The translations under genes were made by a program, and so were the position numbers. Below, one piece after another: positions 1 through 9,472 of a stretch of DNA of 64,000 nucleotides; positions within the stretch are counted from its first letter, which is position 1, and each line of letters begins with the position of its first letter. Source of the stretch: Pseudomonadota bacterium (GTDB lineage Bacteria > Bdellovibrionota_B > Oligoflexia > Oligoflexales > RGVZ01). Under the pieces are notes generated by a model. It saw only the letters and a program-made list of their open reading frames with translations, did no database searches and was not told the origin of the DNA. The stretch is from NCBI GenBank assembly GCA_041178085.1, contig JBEGVZ010000019.1, positions 1 to 64,000 on the forward strand, in the 5' to 3' direction.

Positions 1-145
1 TTTACGCCTGGTTTCATAATCACTACTTGCTGAGAAATCCTGCGAACAAAAAACCTCCGGGGCTGGTACCCCGGCTCTCACTTTTGGCTGCCTGATGCAC
101 AATGGATGGGGGCAGTTTAAATGAAGTAAGGCGGTCCTGCCGAAA

Positions 146-823
146 ATGGACGATCCTGCCATCGTTTCCCAGGAGGCCATTGAGGCGAGCCGTCATGATG
201 ATCTCGCCCGCCGGCTCGGTGCTGTCCGCGAGAAAACCTGGAAAGCACTCGATGCAATCGCACGTCGGATCCAACCAGGAATGAGTGAGCTCGAAGCCGT
301 GAAGCTGGCACAGGCCACTTTGGCTGAAATGGGCTCCCGGAAATTCTGGCACAAGTGCCATGTCCGCTTCGGCCCCGGAACTGCTGCGGGATTCGATGAC
401 CCATACGAAAACCATCAGCTCACATCGGATGATATTTTTTACATCGACATCGGACCGGTCTGGGATGGGATCGAAGGGGACGCCGCAGCGACCTACGTCG
501 TTGGGAGCAATCCAGAGTTAATCCGGTGCAGGGACGATGCACGAAAGATTTTTGATGAAACCAGGTATCACTGGCAAGAGAATGGCGTCACAGGCCAGGA
601 ATTGTATCGCTTTGCAACAGCGCGCGCTGAAATGCGCGGGTGGGTTCTGGCCCCGGATTATGTGCGGGGACACAGACTCAGCGAGTTTCCCCACTCCTTC
701 CACTCAAAGATGGCACTCGAACAGGCGGAATTTTCACCTACACCTGATCGCTGGGTACTGGAAATCCAGATTTGCCATCGAGACATGAAATTTGGCGCTT
801 ATTACGAAGATATCCTGAATTGA
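146..823 (+). CDS. M24 family (pita-bread) metallopeptidase, catalytic domain only
   Basis: Metal-ligand pattern DIG...EGD...GH...LE...YED; 225 aa. Confidence 0.8.
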   Translation: MDDPAIVSQEAIEASRHDDLARRLGAVREKTWKALDAIARRIQPGMSELEAVKLAQATLAEMGSRKFWHKCHVRFGPGTAAGFDDPYENHQLTSDDIFYIDIGPVWDGIEGDAAATYVVGSNPELIRCRDDARKIFDETRYHWQENGVTGQELYRFATARAEMRGWVLAPDYVRGHRLSEFPHSFHSKMALEQAEFSPTPDRWVLEIQICHRDMKFGAYYEDILN

Positions 824-1472
824 AGCGCGAAGTTCCTTGCACCTTGCGCCAGGTCAACCAGCCCACCAGACCAATCGTGCCGAGCACCAACAGACTGACC
901 TTGAACTTCTCGATCACCGCCAGGATCGAGTCACCATAAAAATAAATCAGATAAACTTGTGTGGGCACGGACAACAGCGCCGCCAAGCCATCAACGGCAA
1001 AAAATTTCCAGACCGGCACCCCAAACATGCCGCAAGAAAAATGGCCTGGAAAACGCAGAGCGGGGGTGAAACGAAATATTCCTGCGGCAAGGCTGCCATA
1101 TTTGCGCGCGAACATTCGAGCACGGGGCAGAACCCTGCCAGGCATGATTTTTTTAAACCACGCCCGGCGTAAAAGTTTGCCACCGAATTTTTTGCCCAAA
1201 ATGAAAACCATCAAATCACTTATGAACACAGCAAGAAAACAAAGCCATGCGGCCGTGTGTACGTTTATCGGCTCACCATCCATGCCGGTCGGCGGCGGAA
1301 ACCTGTCTGGGTGATTTCCCGCGTAGGCGAGAAATCCAACGCTTAAAATTGTGACCTCCTCGGGGATGGGCAGGCCGAAGCTGGAGGCAAACAACAGCGC
1401 AAAAACCAGGGAATAGACCATCAACGGTTGGTAAGCGTACTGGCTCAGAAGCTGAAAAATTTCATGATCCAT
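738..1472 (-). CDS. DedA family membrane protein
   Basis: GLPIPEE, SD...F.LG...G and RFTPALR motifs; start trimmed to ATG 1472; 3' end overlaps the M24 gene. Confidence 0.85.
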   Translation of the reverse strand: MDHEIFQLLSQYAYQPLMVYSLVFALLFASSFGLPIPEEVTILSVGFLAYAGNHPDRFPPPTGMDGEPINVHTAAWLCFLAVFISDLMVFILGKKFGGKLLRRAWFKKIMPGRVLPRARMFARKYGSLAAGIFRFTPALRFPGHFSCGMFGVPVWKFFAVDGLAALLSVPTQVYLIYFYGDSILAVIEKFKVSLLVLGTIGLVGWLTWRKVQGTSRFNSGYLRNKRQISCLDGKSGFPVPSDQV

Positions 1473-1604
1473 ATTCCACCCCGCGGGCACTAAACCTTGC
1501 CCCAACAGGAAGGTTAACGGCGCAATTCGAAATTCTCTGAAATCCATAAATGAGAGCGAACACTTCGCTTTAAACAATTGCGAACGCGAACTGCTCTTCG
1601 CAAA

Positions 1605-2408
1605 TCACAGGCTTTTACGGGCGATGATCAGGTGATTGACACCCCTGGGCGGGGTAATACCGATGTTGCCGATCATCCACTCGAAACGACAAATCGAAAG
1701 CAACAAGAGGCTGAAAAATTTCCCTGGAACCTTTTGTTCTGCGGCGACTTTTTGCGCGTCACCGGCCGTAACTGTATCCATCCTGCTTAGACGGTCCCGC
1801 CAAGCCATCAACAAGGCGACGGGATAACTCCAGCCAAGAAGGTTGCGGCGGAATACCGGCTCAAAACCTGCTTCCTGAAGCATTCCTGCCATCTCATCTG
1901 GCTTGAAGCGTCGGACGGCATGCACGCGTCGATCATGCCGCCGAAATAGCTCAGGATAAGCCGCATCGTTCCAGACAATAAAACCACCGGGCTTTACGCA
2001 GGCGCCAATCCTTACAATCGATGCGGCCGGGTCAGGAATGTTGCGATGATAAAGTACCCCGATGACGGTGGCGGCATCGTACTTTGTACCGCCGACAAGC
2101 GCCGGAAGATCGTCTACACCACCGACAGGTAAGAGGTTGACCAAGCCCGCAGCCGTGGCAGCGACGTGCCTCCTTGCCGTTGCGTGGGGTTCGAGGCCAT
2201 CGACAGTTCCAAATCCCGCAAAGACGACAGATGTCCCGCCCGTACCGCAGCCGACATCAAGCAAGTTTAGCGGATCTTTCGCCCCATGGGCCCTAAGGGC
2301 AGGCACCACGATACGTGCAAACAGTTCCCGCAGGATCTCCTTGCGCCACACATAGTACCAGTGCTGGTTTTCAATAGCCGCAAGTTCCTGGTATTCAGAA
2401 AGCTCCAA
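1605..2408 (-). CDS. Class I SAM-dependent methyltransferase
   Basis: LLDVGCGTG motif I; E..HWYY N-terminus; HD..VH.VRRF; probable TTG start at 2408. Confidence 0.85.
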   Translation of the reverse strand: MELSEYQELAAIENQHWYYVWRKEILRELFARIVVPALRAHGAKDPLNLLDVGCGTGGTSVVFAGFGTVDGLEPHATARRHVAATAAGLVNLLPVGGVDDLPALVGGTKYDAATVIGVLYHRNIPDPAASIVRIGACVKPGGFIVWNDAAYPELFRRHDRRVHAVRRFKPDEMAGMLQEAGFEPVFRRNLLGWSYPVALLMAWRDRLSRMDTVTAGDAQKVAAEQKVPGKFFSLLLLSICRFEWMIGNIGITPPRGVNHLIIARKSL

Positions 2409-2419
2409 CCGGCACCGCC

Positions 2420-4288
2420 TCAATCCGTAATAGATACCAGGGTGCTGCCGCGCTGCCAAAGCTCCTGGGCCAGGCTGCCAGCCGTCTCAGCATGGCTTGA
2501 GACGGCGTCGCGAAGTGCGCCCATCCATGTCTGACCGCTGACCAGAGCAGGACACTGGGCCGCAATCTCAAGCAATTCCAGCCCGAGCAACCATTCGCGG
2601 CCGTTATCCTGAATCACATCAGCCGCAAGCGCGCTCAATGCGGCAAAGTCCGTGCGCGTCACTTCGGGACTGACACCAGCTATCCCGTTTTGCGCAATAT
2701 GCCGGCCGCGGATTTCGCGGGTCGTCGCGTAAGCACGGAACATCCGTTCCTCATAGGCCGAAAAGGGTGAAGTGCGGCCGGGCGAACTGCTGACCTGGCC
2801 GAGTTCGTACTCGCCATAGGTTTGTCGCTCCGCGGGGCCACCGTGCACAGAAACTATCCTGCTCCCAAGAATCATGTCGAAGTCGCCCCAAGCCGGCTCG
2901 AAGTATCGCTTGCTTCCACGCGACACCGTGCAATCCGTGAACGTCATGTAATCGATGCTACTTTCCTCACGAACAATGCGCTTCAAGACCCCTTCAACGA
3001 CAAATCCGGAAACGAACTCCACCCTGCTGCGTTGACCGGTTTTGATTCCAGCGGCCGCAAGCTCGGTGTCGGACAATGTGTGGGGCGGGCGTCCAGGATG
3101 ACACTTGAAAAACCCGACCGGTGTGCTGAAACCGTCCGGATGGCGCTCGCGACCCTGCCCTGCCATTTGTCTTTCGTGGCGGGCAAGTTGCACTGGTCCG
3201 GTAAGTTTCAAGAAATCAATCCTATCACCTGCATCGGCCTCGAAAAACTCGATGATGCCGCTCGCCGAAATGCCTGAATCAAGAACGACCGTGTTCACAG
3301 CCTTTGAAAGGAGCGCTTTCTCTATTCCGGTAACACCGCCAGTCCGGAATGCCAGCGTCCGTTCCAGCTCCTCAAGAATCGCGGGCAAGGCTTCCAGCGA
3401 TTCTGCAACGAACAATTGCGGCTGGGGTTCAGTGATGTCGTAGCCTTGCTCGACGCAGTCGATCGTGAGGCGAATTTTTTTTACCTTCGACGAGAGGCAG
3501 TGTTCACTTTCACCAACTGACGACAGCAGCCCGGCCCCATATATCTTCGGGTTTTTGAGGTCACCGACCAGCCCATATTCGGCAGTCCACCAGGCCATGC
3601 GTCCAACCTTGGTCATCTCTGATACGTGGGTCACTTCCGCGTAAGCTTTTTTCAAAGCTTCTTCTGCCGCTGCGATCTGCCCCTTGGTCGCATCCGGGCT
3701 TTCCTTGATGTCAGACAGCCAGCGGATCGCCTCATACAGATGCACGTCCTCGGAAGAGATGATCGACTTGTTTGCCATGTTGGCGTAACGCTGCAAATAG
3801 GCACGGTATGCCGGATCACACAAAATCGGAACGTGTCCGGCAGCCTCATGGACAATGTCGGGCGCGGGCGTGTAAGCAACGTGTTCCAGTGAACGCATGT
3901 CCATGGCAATCGGAATGATGTTACGGGTCTGAAAATCAAGGAACGCAGCCGGCGGAATGAATCCACTGACGCCGATAGCCCCCCAGCCAAACTCCTGCAA
4001 GTGGGAATCGATCTCATCGATGCGTGGAATCCGGTCGATGCGCAGGCCCGTCTTCATGATCCCGGGACCATAAGCGGGAACCGCATGGCGCGAAAAAAAG
4101 TCCCGGGCGCGGCGCATGATGTAGCGCCACGTCGCGTGTTCGACCGGAGTGTAGCGTTCGTATTTCTGGGGAACCACGTAGCGCTTGAGGTAGTCTGGCA
4201 AGCTGTCCTGGCTGCGCACCGGCACGGTTCCCTCCATAACTCCCCGGGGTTGGTTACTTGATTGCTCCGGGATTCTCGTAGAAGACAT
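2420..4288 (-). CDS. Aromatic amino acid (phenylalanine-4-) hydroxylase, long form
   Basis: PDIVHEAAGHVP iron-binding His pair, WWTAEYGL, YGAGLLSS; long C-terminal extension. Confidence 0.9.
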   Translation of the reverse strand: MSSTRIPEQSSNQPRGVMEGTVPVRSQDSLPDYLKRYVVPQKYERYTPVEHATWRYIMRRARDFFSRHAVPAYGPGIMKTGLRIDRIPRIDEIDSHLQEFGWGAIGVSGFIPPAAFLDFQTRNIIPIAMDMRSLEHVAYTPAPDIVHEAAGHVPILCDPAYRAYLQRYANMANKSIISSEDVHLYEAIRWLSDIKESPDATKGQIAAAEEALKKAYAEVTHVSEMTKVGRMAWWTAEYGLVGDLKNPKIYGAGLLSSVGESEHCLSSKVKKIRLTIDCVEQGYDITEPQPQLFVAESLEALPAILEELERTLAFRTGGVTGIEKALLSKAVNTVVLDSGISASGIIEFFEADAGDRIDFLKLTGPVQLARHERQMAGQGRERHPDGFSTPVGFFKCHPGRPPHTLSDTELAAAGIKTGQRSRVEFVSGFVVEGVLKRIVREESSIDYMTFTDCTVSRGSKRYFEPAWGDFDMILGSRIVSVHGGPAERQTYGEYELGQVSSSPGRTSPFSAYEERMFRAYATTREIRGRHIAQNGIAGVSPEVTRTDFAALSALAADVIQDNGREWLLGLELLEIAAQCPALVSGQTWMGALRDAVSSHAETAGSLAQELWQRGSTLVSITD

Positions 4289-4643
4289 AGCTTGTACTGA
4301 AATCGCTGAACTCGAAGTAGATCTTACGCTCGTTTTGATCTTGCGTAAAATTCTGATTCACATCCAGGACTCCGTAACCGAAACGATAGGGACGGGCCGT
4401 TTCGCGATCACCTGTTGCCTGGGCGGTACTGATCTTGTCAATTTTTATGAAGCGGTACATGACCTTGCCATCACTGATGACATCAAGCACACCATCCGTA
4501 CCCGTCCAGTTCTGAATGCTGCGGCTGACTTTATTTTGCATCTCCTGAGTACACCCAGCCGAAAGAAAGATCGAAGCCGCTGCGATTGCAAAAATATTTT
4601 TGCGCGCTTTCTGGGCGAAGCGCAGGACACTGAAGGAAATCAT
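4254..4643 (-). CDS. Hypothetical lipoprotein
   Basis: Lipobox-like LSAGC after a hydrophobic stretch; ATGA overlap with the Nudix stop codon. Confidence 0.65.
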   Translation of the reverse strand: MISFSVLRFAQKARKNIFAIAAASIFLSAGCTQEMQNKVSRSIQNWTGTDGVLDVISDGKVMYRFIKIDKISTAQATGDRETARPYRFGYGVLDVNQNFTQDQNERKIYFEFSDFSTSYVFYENPGAIK

Positions 4644-5284
4644 GAGCGAGTCTCCATAGGCAGCATGTCTGCCGCGTTGATGATCGAAGCAGTCAACCCC
4701 CAAATGGTCGCACCGTCAACCCGGTAAAGGGCTGACTCACGACGGACGCCGAACATGTTAAAGACAAAGGATTCCCGGGTCGCTGCGGTCAGCATGGTCC
4801 AAGGGACAAAATGAACGCCGGCCACCTCATCGGGGGCTGGCACCACACCACGGCGGGGCAGTCTTGCCGTTGCCACGACCGGCACCACCTCGCTCCCGTC
4901 GATGGCCTTTCGCACGGGGAGCTGGCCGTGAAAAAGCAGCAATTCCGCCGGGACCCCCACTTCCTCCCGCAATTCGCGGATAAGCGTATCGATGGGCCCA
5001 CGGTCACCGGGCTCGGCCCGCCCCCCGGCAAGCCCAATCTGCCCGCGGTGGGAGCCGTAATGGGGACTGCGGCGAATGAGCAATACTTCCGCGGGACCAC
5101 CCGCGGAATCCGGGGGTAAAAACAACAAAGCCACCGCGCTCCTGCGCAGTGGCTCTTGTGGCAGACCTGTTTCGTGTTTTCCTGCAAGGACAGGCCAGTT
5201 GGATGGAACCGGCTCGAGCGTCGCCAGCGAAGCCGGAAGGCTGCCGGCGGGAAAACCATCCACACTGGAAAACGGGAATCGCAC
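4640..5284 (-). CDS. Nudix hydrolase, CoA pyrophosphatase type
   Basis: LLIRRS..GSHRGQIGLAGG followed by Nudix box (RELREEVG); IWGLTA. Confidence 0.85.
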   Translation of the reverse strand: MRFPFSSVDGFPAGSLPASLATLEPVPSNWPVLAGKHETGLPQEPLRRSAVALLFLPPDSAGGPAEVLLIRRSPHYGSHRGQIGLAGGRAEPGDRGPIDTLIRELREEVGVPAELLLFHGQLPVRKAIDGSEVVPVVATARLPRRGVVPAPDEVAGVHFVPWTMLTAATRESFVFNMFGVRRESALYRVDGATIWGLTASIINAADMLPMETRS

Positions 5285-5286
5285 GG

Positions 5287-5766
5287 TCAGTTGACTTTGA
5301 TCTCCGGCGCGGACTCAGCCCCCGCAGCCATCGGCAACACCTTGCTCTTGCGGCTGTCGGTCGATTGATGAGCACCATTGGATGCCTGCTGACCCATGAT
5401 CGAACGCCCGTTGAACTGGGCGCCTTCGTTGACGACCAGGACGGGGGTCACGATGTCGCCATCGAAGCGACTTTGCGGGTAGAGCTCGGCGCGGATCTTG
5501 GCCTCCAACCGGCCGTTGACCTTGCCCTGGATGATAACTTCGTCGGCTTTAACCTCGGCGAGGATGGTCGCACCCTCTTCGATGATCAAGATACCTTCAG
5601 AGATGATCTGGCCTTCGATCTTGCCGCCAATGCGGCTTGAGCCGCGGCAATAGAGCTTGCCGCTGAAATGACAACCGCTGGTGAGGATGGTCACGGCTGC
5701 GTCCTTGCCGGTGTGGACCACTTTCTTGTTCTTGCCCTGCCCGTTTTGCTCATTTTTGCCGAACAT
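5287..5766 (-). CDS. Bactofilin (polymer-forming cytoskeletal protein)
   Basis: Beta-helix repeats FSGKL..IGGKIEGQI..VIIQGKVNG..FDGDI..GAQFNG. Confidence 0.9.
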   Translation of the reverse strand: MFGKNEQNGQGKNKKVVHTGKDAAVTILTSGCHFSGKLYCRGSSRIGGKIEGQIISEGILIIEEGATILAEVKADEVIIQGKVNGRLEAKIRAELYPQSRFDGDIVTPVLVVNEGAQFNGRSIMGQQASNGAHQSTDSRKSKVLPMAAGAESAPEIKVN

Positions 5767-5788
5767 GACCACCCCCGGTTGACATCAG

Positions 5789-5865
5789 TCGATCGTTACA
5801 CGATCTTTCATGGATCTAATTTGGATCTAATTTGGATCTATTTTGTATCTGCCTTGGATCTTTCT
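5789..5865. repeat. Seven 11-bp tandem units with a GATC core (consensus TGGATCTAWTT)
   Basis: GATC at 5791, 5802, 5813, 5824, 5835 and 5857; TATC at 5846. Confidence 0.9.
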
Positions 5866-5892
5866 TCTCAATTGCCGGCGCACAGGAAACGG

Positions 5893-6645
5893 ATGTTCTT
5901 AAGAAAACGGTCAGCCAGAGCGATGGGAAGCTTCGAACGTCCACGGGCGGCAACGCTGAACTTGAACGTACCCATTTTGCCCGGGGGCACGGTCTGGCTG
6001 CCGGAAAATGCATGGGAGCCTGCTGACATTGATTATTTTGCAGCAACCGCCGCCCCACTGCAAACCCAAACCCTAAAAGCCCCCTGTGGATGGGCACCGT
6101 CAAAGCACCAAAAAGGGCCTCAAGCGCCCAACATCGCAGGACGTTGGGTGTTGAAATTGGCCCACGAACAAATATCCGCCACCGGGCAGAATCTGCCTGC
6201 CGGAGTCAGCAGCAAGCACCTCGGCTGGGCAGAAACCCATGCCTTCTATTCCTCTTTTGTGCATGCGGAACTGATTCTGGGGCTTGATGACGCAACGACT
6301 TCAGCCCCCGAAAGGCAACTTCAGCGTGACAGCGTTCCACAGATGATTGCTGCTCACTGCGTGATGCTGCGATCGTCCGGCACGCTGCGCATTCTCCCGG
6401 CGAACGATCTGTCTGCTGGCTTGATGCGCGAGCTTTACCGGGAAACCGAAGCAATCAAATTTCAAGAAGTGATGGAGCTGGGAAGATTCGCGCTGAATCC
6501 CCGTTTGCAAAACATTCCGCGGAAAACCGTGATCGATATTGCACCGTCAGTCTGGTGCACCAGCGAAGATGGAAAGGCGTTGGCCAAGTCGATGTCCTGG
6601 CTGGTAAAGCGCGCAGAAAGGGAAAGCCAGCTCCGGCGGCGGTAA
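5893..6645 (+). CDS. Hypothetical protein
   Basis: Long ORF filling the gap between divergent/convergent neighbours; start uncertain (ATG 5893 or 5923); no recognised motif. Confidence 0.55.
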   Translation: MFLRKRSARAMGSFERPRAATLNLNVPILPGGTVWLPENAWEPADIDYFAATAAPLQTQTLKAPCGWAPSKHQKGPQAPNIAGRWVLKLAHEQISATGQNLPAGVSSKHLGWAETHAFYSSFVHAELILGLDDATTSAPERQLQRDSVPQMIAAHCVMLRSSGTLRILPANDLSAGLMRELYRETEAIKFQEVMELGRFALNPRLQNIPRKTVIDIAPSVWCTSEDGKALAKSMSWLVKRAERESQLRRR

Positions 6646-6691
6646 GACTGCATCAGAGCTGGCCTGTTCGAGAAACTGACTGGGCAGCGGC

Positions 6692-7006
6692 CTATTCGTC
6701 TTCTTCCGATTCCTTGCCGGATGCATCAGGAAACCAACCCATCAGGGCGCCGGAAATCTGATGCGCCTGTTTGCCACTGCTGATGTTGAACTTGCTTTGC
6801 ATCCGGTAAACACCACTGCGCTTCTGATAACGGCGGATCGACACCTTGGGCGCCCCGTATTCGCCAGTTTTCTTGTCCATCTCGACATACTTGAACATGA
6901 TCGTTGTCCAATTGCCGCGCGTCAGGATTTTCTTGTCGACCTGCTTCACAACCAGGCGGTCGTCCTGCACAAATTCAACGCTGAGATCATCAATATTGTC
7001 TGACAC
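6692..7006 (-). CDS. Hypothetical protein, 104 aa
   Basis: GGGGAG RBS before GTG; protein-like composition (WTTIMF.Y, IRRYQK, QSKFNISS). Confidence 0.75.
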   Translation of the reverse strand: MSDNIDDLSVEFVQDDRLVVKQVDKKILTRGNWTTIMFKYVEMDKKTGEYGAPKVSIRRYQKRSGVYRMQSKFNISSGKQAHQISGALMGWFPDASGKESEEDE

Positions 7007-7069
7007 AGGGCTCCCCCCGGGTAAAATCGTTATCTGTCAGCGGAACCTGCGTTCATGAAGATTCCGGGT

Positions 7070-7103
7070 AAAAAAAAACTGCCAGATTGACCTGGCAGTT
7101 TTT
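7070..7103 (-). terminator. Rho-independent terminator of rplM-rpsI
   Basis: AAAAACTGCCAG/CTGGCAGTTTTT stem followed by a T-run on the minus strand. Confidence 0.85.
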
Positions 7104-7118
7104 CTTGAACAACAAAGA

Positions 7119-7514
7119 TTAACGCTTCGAGTACTGGAAGCGGCGGCGTGCACCGGCAAGGCCGTACATCTTACGCTCTTTCTTCCGTGCGTCGCGGGTG
7201 ATCAAGCCATTGGACTTGAGTACCTTGCGCTTGTCCGGATCGGACTCAGCGAGGGCGCGGGAAATCGCGTGGCGGATCGCACCAGCCTGGCCATTAAGGC
7301 CACCACCGAGAACGTTCACGAGGATGTCAAACTTGCCAACGGTGTCGGTCAGCTCAAGCGGCTGCATGATCACCATCTTTGATGTGTCACGGATCATGTA
7401 GTCGTCCATGGGACGCTTGTTGATCGTGATAACGCCGGTACCTGGCTTCAGGTAAACCCGCGCGATGGCGGTTTTACGCTTGCCGACTGCATGCATGTAT
7501 TTCGTCTTTGCCAT
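7119..7514 (-). CDS. rpsI: 30S ribosomal protein S9
   Basis: [24 protein letters not shown]-terminal QYSKR. Confidence 0.98.
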   Translation of the reverse strand: MAKTKYMHAVGKRKTAIARVYLKPGTGVITINKRPMDDYMIRDTSKMVIMQPLELTDTVGKFDILVNVLGGGLNGQAGAIRHAISRALAESDPDKRKVLKSNGLITRDARKKERKMYGLAGARRRFQYSKR

Positions 7515-7517
7515 GGA

Positions 7518-7961
7518 TTAGCGGGCTCCGAGACGGGATTTCATCGCAACCGGCTTCTGTGCGGCATGGGGATGCTCGCTGCCGGCGTACACTTTAAGAT
7601 TCAGGCCGATCTTGCGACCCAGCGGCCCCTTCGGCAGCATGCCCTTGATTGCGTGCTCGAGGACGCGCTCCGGATGCTTGGCCAGCAGGTTTTCCGCCGA
7701 GATCGACTTGATCCCGCCAATGTAACCAGTGTGGTGGTGGTAGAACTTGTCTTTCATCTTGTTGCCGGTGAACTTCACCTTGTCGGCATTGATGACGACC
7801 ACGCAGTCACCCGTGTCGAGGTGGGGGACGAAAGTCGGCTTGTGCTTGCCGCGCAGAACGCGGGCCACTTCAGTTGCCAGACGACCAACAGTTTGGTGTG
7901 CGGCATCGACCACAACCCACTGTTTTTTAACGTCAGTCGGCTTTACGCTGTAGGTTTTCAT
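7518..7961 (-). CDS. rplM: 50S ribosomal protein L13
   Basis: W.VVDA..GRLA..LRGKHKP.F.PH.DTGD; GMLPK; start at MKTY. Confidence 0.98.
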   Translation of the reverse strand: MKTYSVKPTDVKKQWVVVDAAHQTVGRLATEVARVLRGKHKPTFVPHLDTGDCVVVINADKVKFTGNKMKDKFYHHHTGYIGGIKSISAENLLAKHPERVLEHAIKGMLPKGPLGRKIGLNLKVYAGSEHPHAAQKPVAMKSRLGAR

Positions 7962-8012
7962 GAACCAGAAACTCCAATGGAATCGCACTCAAAAAACGGG
8001 AAACAGGCTGTG

Positions 8013-8042
8013 CGTATATCTGAACCCGGCGCCCACCGTCAA
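8013..8042 (-). promoter_or_regulatory. Putative sigma70 promoter of rplM-rpsI
   Basis: TTGACG-N18-TATACG on the minus strand. Confidence 0.5.
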
Positions 8043-8049
8043 TAGACAA

Positions 8050-9450
8050 TCAGTACGAAATCAGGCCCGGCGCGCGCGGACAGGGAATCACGTCCCGGAT
8101 GTTCCCCATTCCGGTGACGTACTGGACCAGGCGCTCAAAGCCAAGGCCGAACCCGGCGTGGGGACACGACCCGTAACGGCGCAGGTCCAGGTACCAGGTC
8201 ATTTCCTCAACCGGTAGCTTCATTTCCCGCATCCGCGCTTCAAGGACGTCCATGCGATCTTCCCGCTGGCTGCCGCCGATGATCTCGCCAATTCTAGGGG
8301 CGAGCACATCCATGGCCGCGACGGTCTTGCCATCCGGGTTTTGTTTCATATAGAAGGCTTTGATTCCCTTGGGATAATCCGTGACGATCACCGGCCCCTT
8401 GAAGACCACGTCGGTCAGGTAGCGCTCGTGCTCGGACTGCAGGTCGATCCCCCACTCCACCGGGAACTCGAACTTGACCGGTGCCCGCTTCAATTCAGCC
8501 ACTGCATCGGTGTAGGTGATATGTGCAAACTTTGAGTCAGCCAGTCGCGCCAGATCGTCGATCTTGATCGTTTGGTATTGCTTCTCCAGAAACTCCAGCT
8601 CCGGCCGGCAATCTTTAACCGCAGCGGCAAACAGATGCTTGAGGAAGTCCTCTGCCAGTTCCATATCCTCTTTCAATGTGGCAAAGGCCATCTCGGGCTC
8701 AATCATCCAAAACTCAGACAAGTGCCTGGTAGTATTGGAATTTTCAGCCCTAAAGGTCGGCCCAAAAGTATAGATGTCGCCCAGGCCCATGGCCAAAAAT
8801 TCGCCTTCCAGCTGCCCGCTCACGGTCAGATGGGCGTGCTTTTTGAAGAAGTCCTGGCTGTAATCCACCACTCCACCCGGCCCCAGCTTGATTTTGCCCG
8901 GATCCAAAGTGGTAACCGTGAACATTTCACCAGCACCCTCGCAATCACTCGAAGTGATGATCGGCGTGTGTACCCAGCGGAAGCCGCGCTGCTGGAAAAA
9001 GTCATGGACGTGCCAGGCCAGAATCCCGCGCATCCGGAACACCGCACCGAACGTGTTGGTCCGTGGTCGCAAATGAGCGATGTCGCGCAAAAACTCAAGA
9101 GTATGGCCCTTTTTCTGCAGCGGATAAGTCTCCGGGTCAGCCTCGCCGAAAACCTCCATGCCGGTGGTCTGGACTTCCCACTTCTGCCCCTTGCCCTGCG
9201 ACTCCTTGAGCACGCCAGAGATACGCACCGCCGCACCAGTCTGGCACCTGGGCAAAAGGTCAAATGCCGGTGTGCCGGCGTCAACCACACATTGAAGCGT
9301 GTCCTGGCAGGACCCGTCGTTGAGCACCACGAAAGCGAAGTTCTTGGATTCCCTGCGACTGCGGACCCACCCGCAGACGTTGACTTCCTGACCTGCCACG
9401 CCAGCGGAGAGTAGATGGCTGATTTTTTGACGTTTGAACTTTGACTGCAT
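8050..9450 (-). CDS. asnS: Asparagine--tRNA ligase
   Basis: OB-fold GWVRS.R, LTVSGQL, FRAENSNTTRHL.EFWM.EPE, GFGLGFERL. Confidence 0.97.
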   Translation of the reverse strand: MQSKFKRQKISHLLSAGVAGQEVNVCGWVRSRRESKNFAFVVLNDGSCQDTLQCVVDAGTPAFDLLPRCQTGAAVRISGVLKESQGKGQKWEVQTTGMEVFGEADPETYPLQKKGHTLEFLRDIAHLRPRTNTFGAVFRMRGILAWHVHDFFQQRGFRWVHTPIITSSDCEGAGEMFTVTTLDPGKIKLGPGGVVDYSQDFFKKHAHLTVSGQLEGEFLAMGLGDIYTFGPTFRAENSNTTRHLSEFWMIEPEMAFATLKEDMELAEDFLKHLFAAAVKDCRPELEFLEKQYQTIKIDDLARLADSKFAHITYTDAVAELKRAPVKFEFPVEWGIDLQSEHERYLTDVVFKGPVIVTDYPKGIKAFYMKQNPDGKTVAAMDVLAPRIGEIIGGSQREDRMDVLEARMREMKLPVEEMTWYLDLRRYGSCPHAGFGLGFERLVQYVTGMGNIRDVIPCPRAPGLISY

Positions 9451-9472
9451 GTGAAACTCTTCCAATTGTGAA

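Noticed and set aside
738..823. Convergent 3' overlaps (also 49295-49351 and 63645-63684)
   Set aside because: Short tail overlaps of 40-86 nt are common in compact genomes; no sign of a dual-function element
5789..5865. GATC array as chromosomal oriC (resembles E. coli DUE 13-mers)
   Set aside because: No convincing DnaA-box cluster and no dnaA, dnaN or gidA nearby; kept only as a regulatory array
8572..9414. Long antisense ORFs over asnS, hflX, speA, LonC, the TBDR and others
   Set aside because: Shadow ORFs expected from GC-rich codon bias opposite well-supported genes
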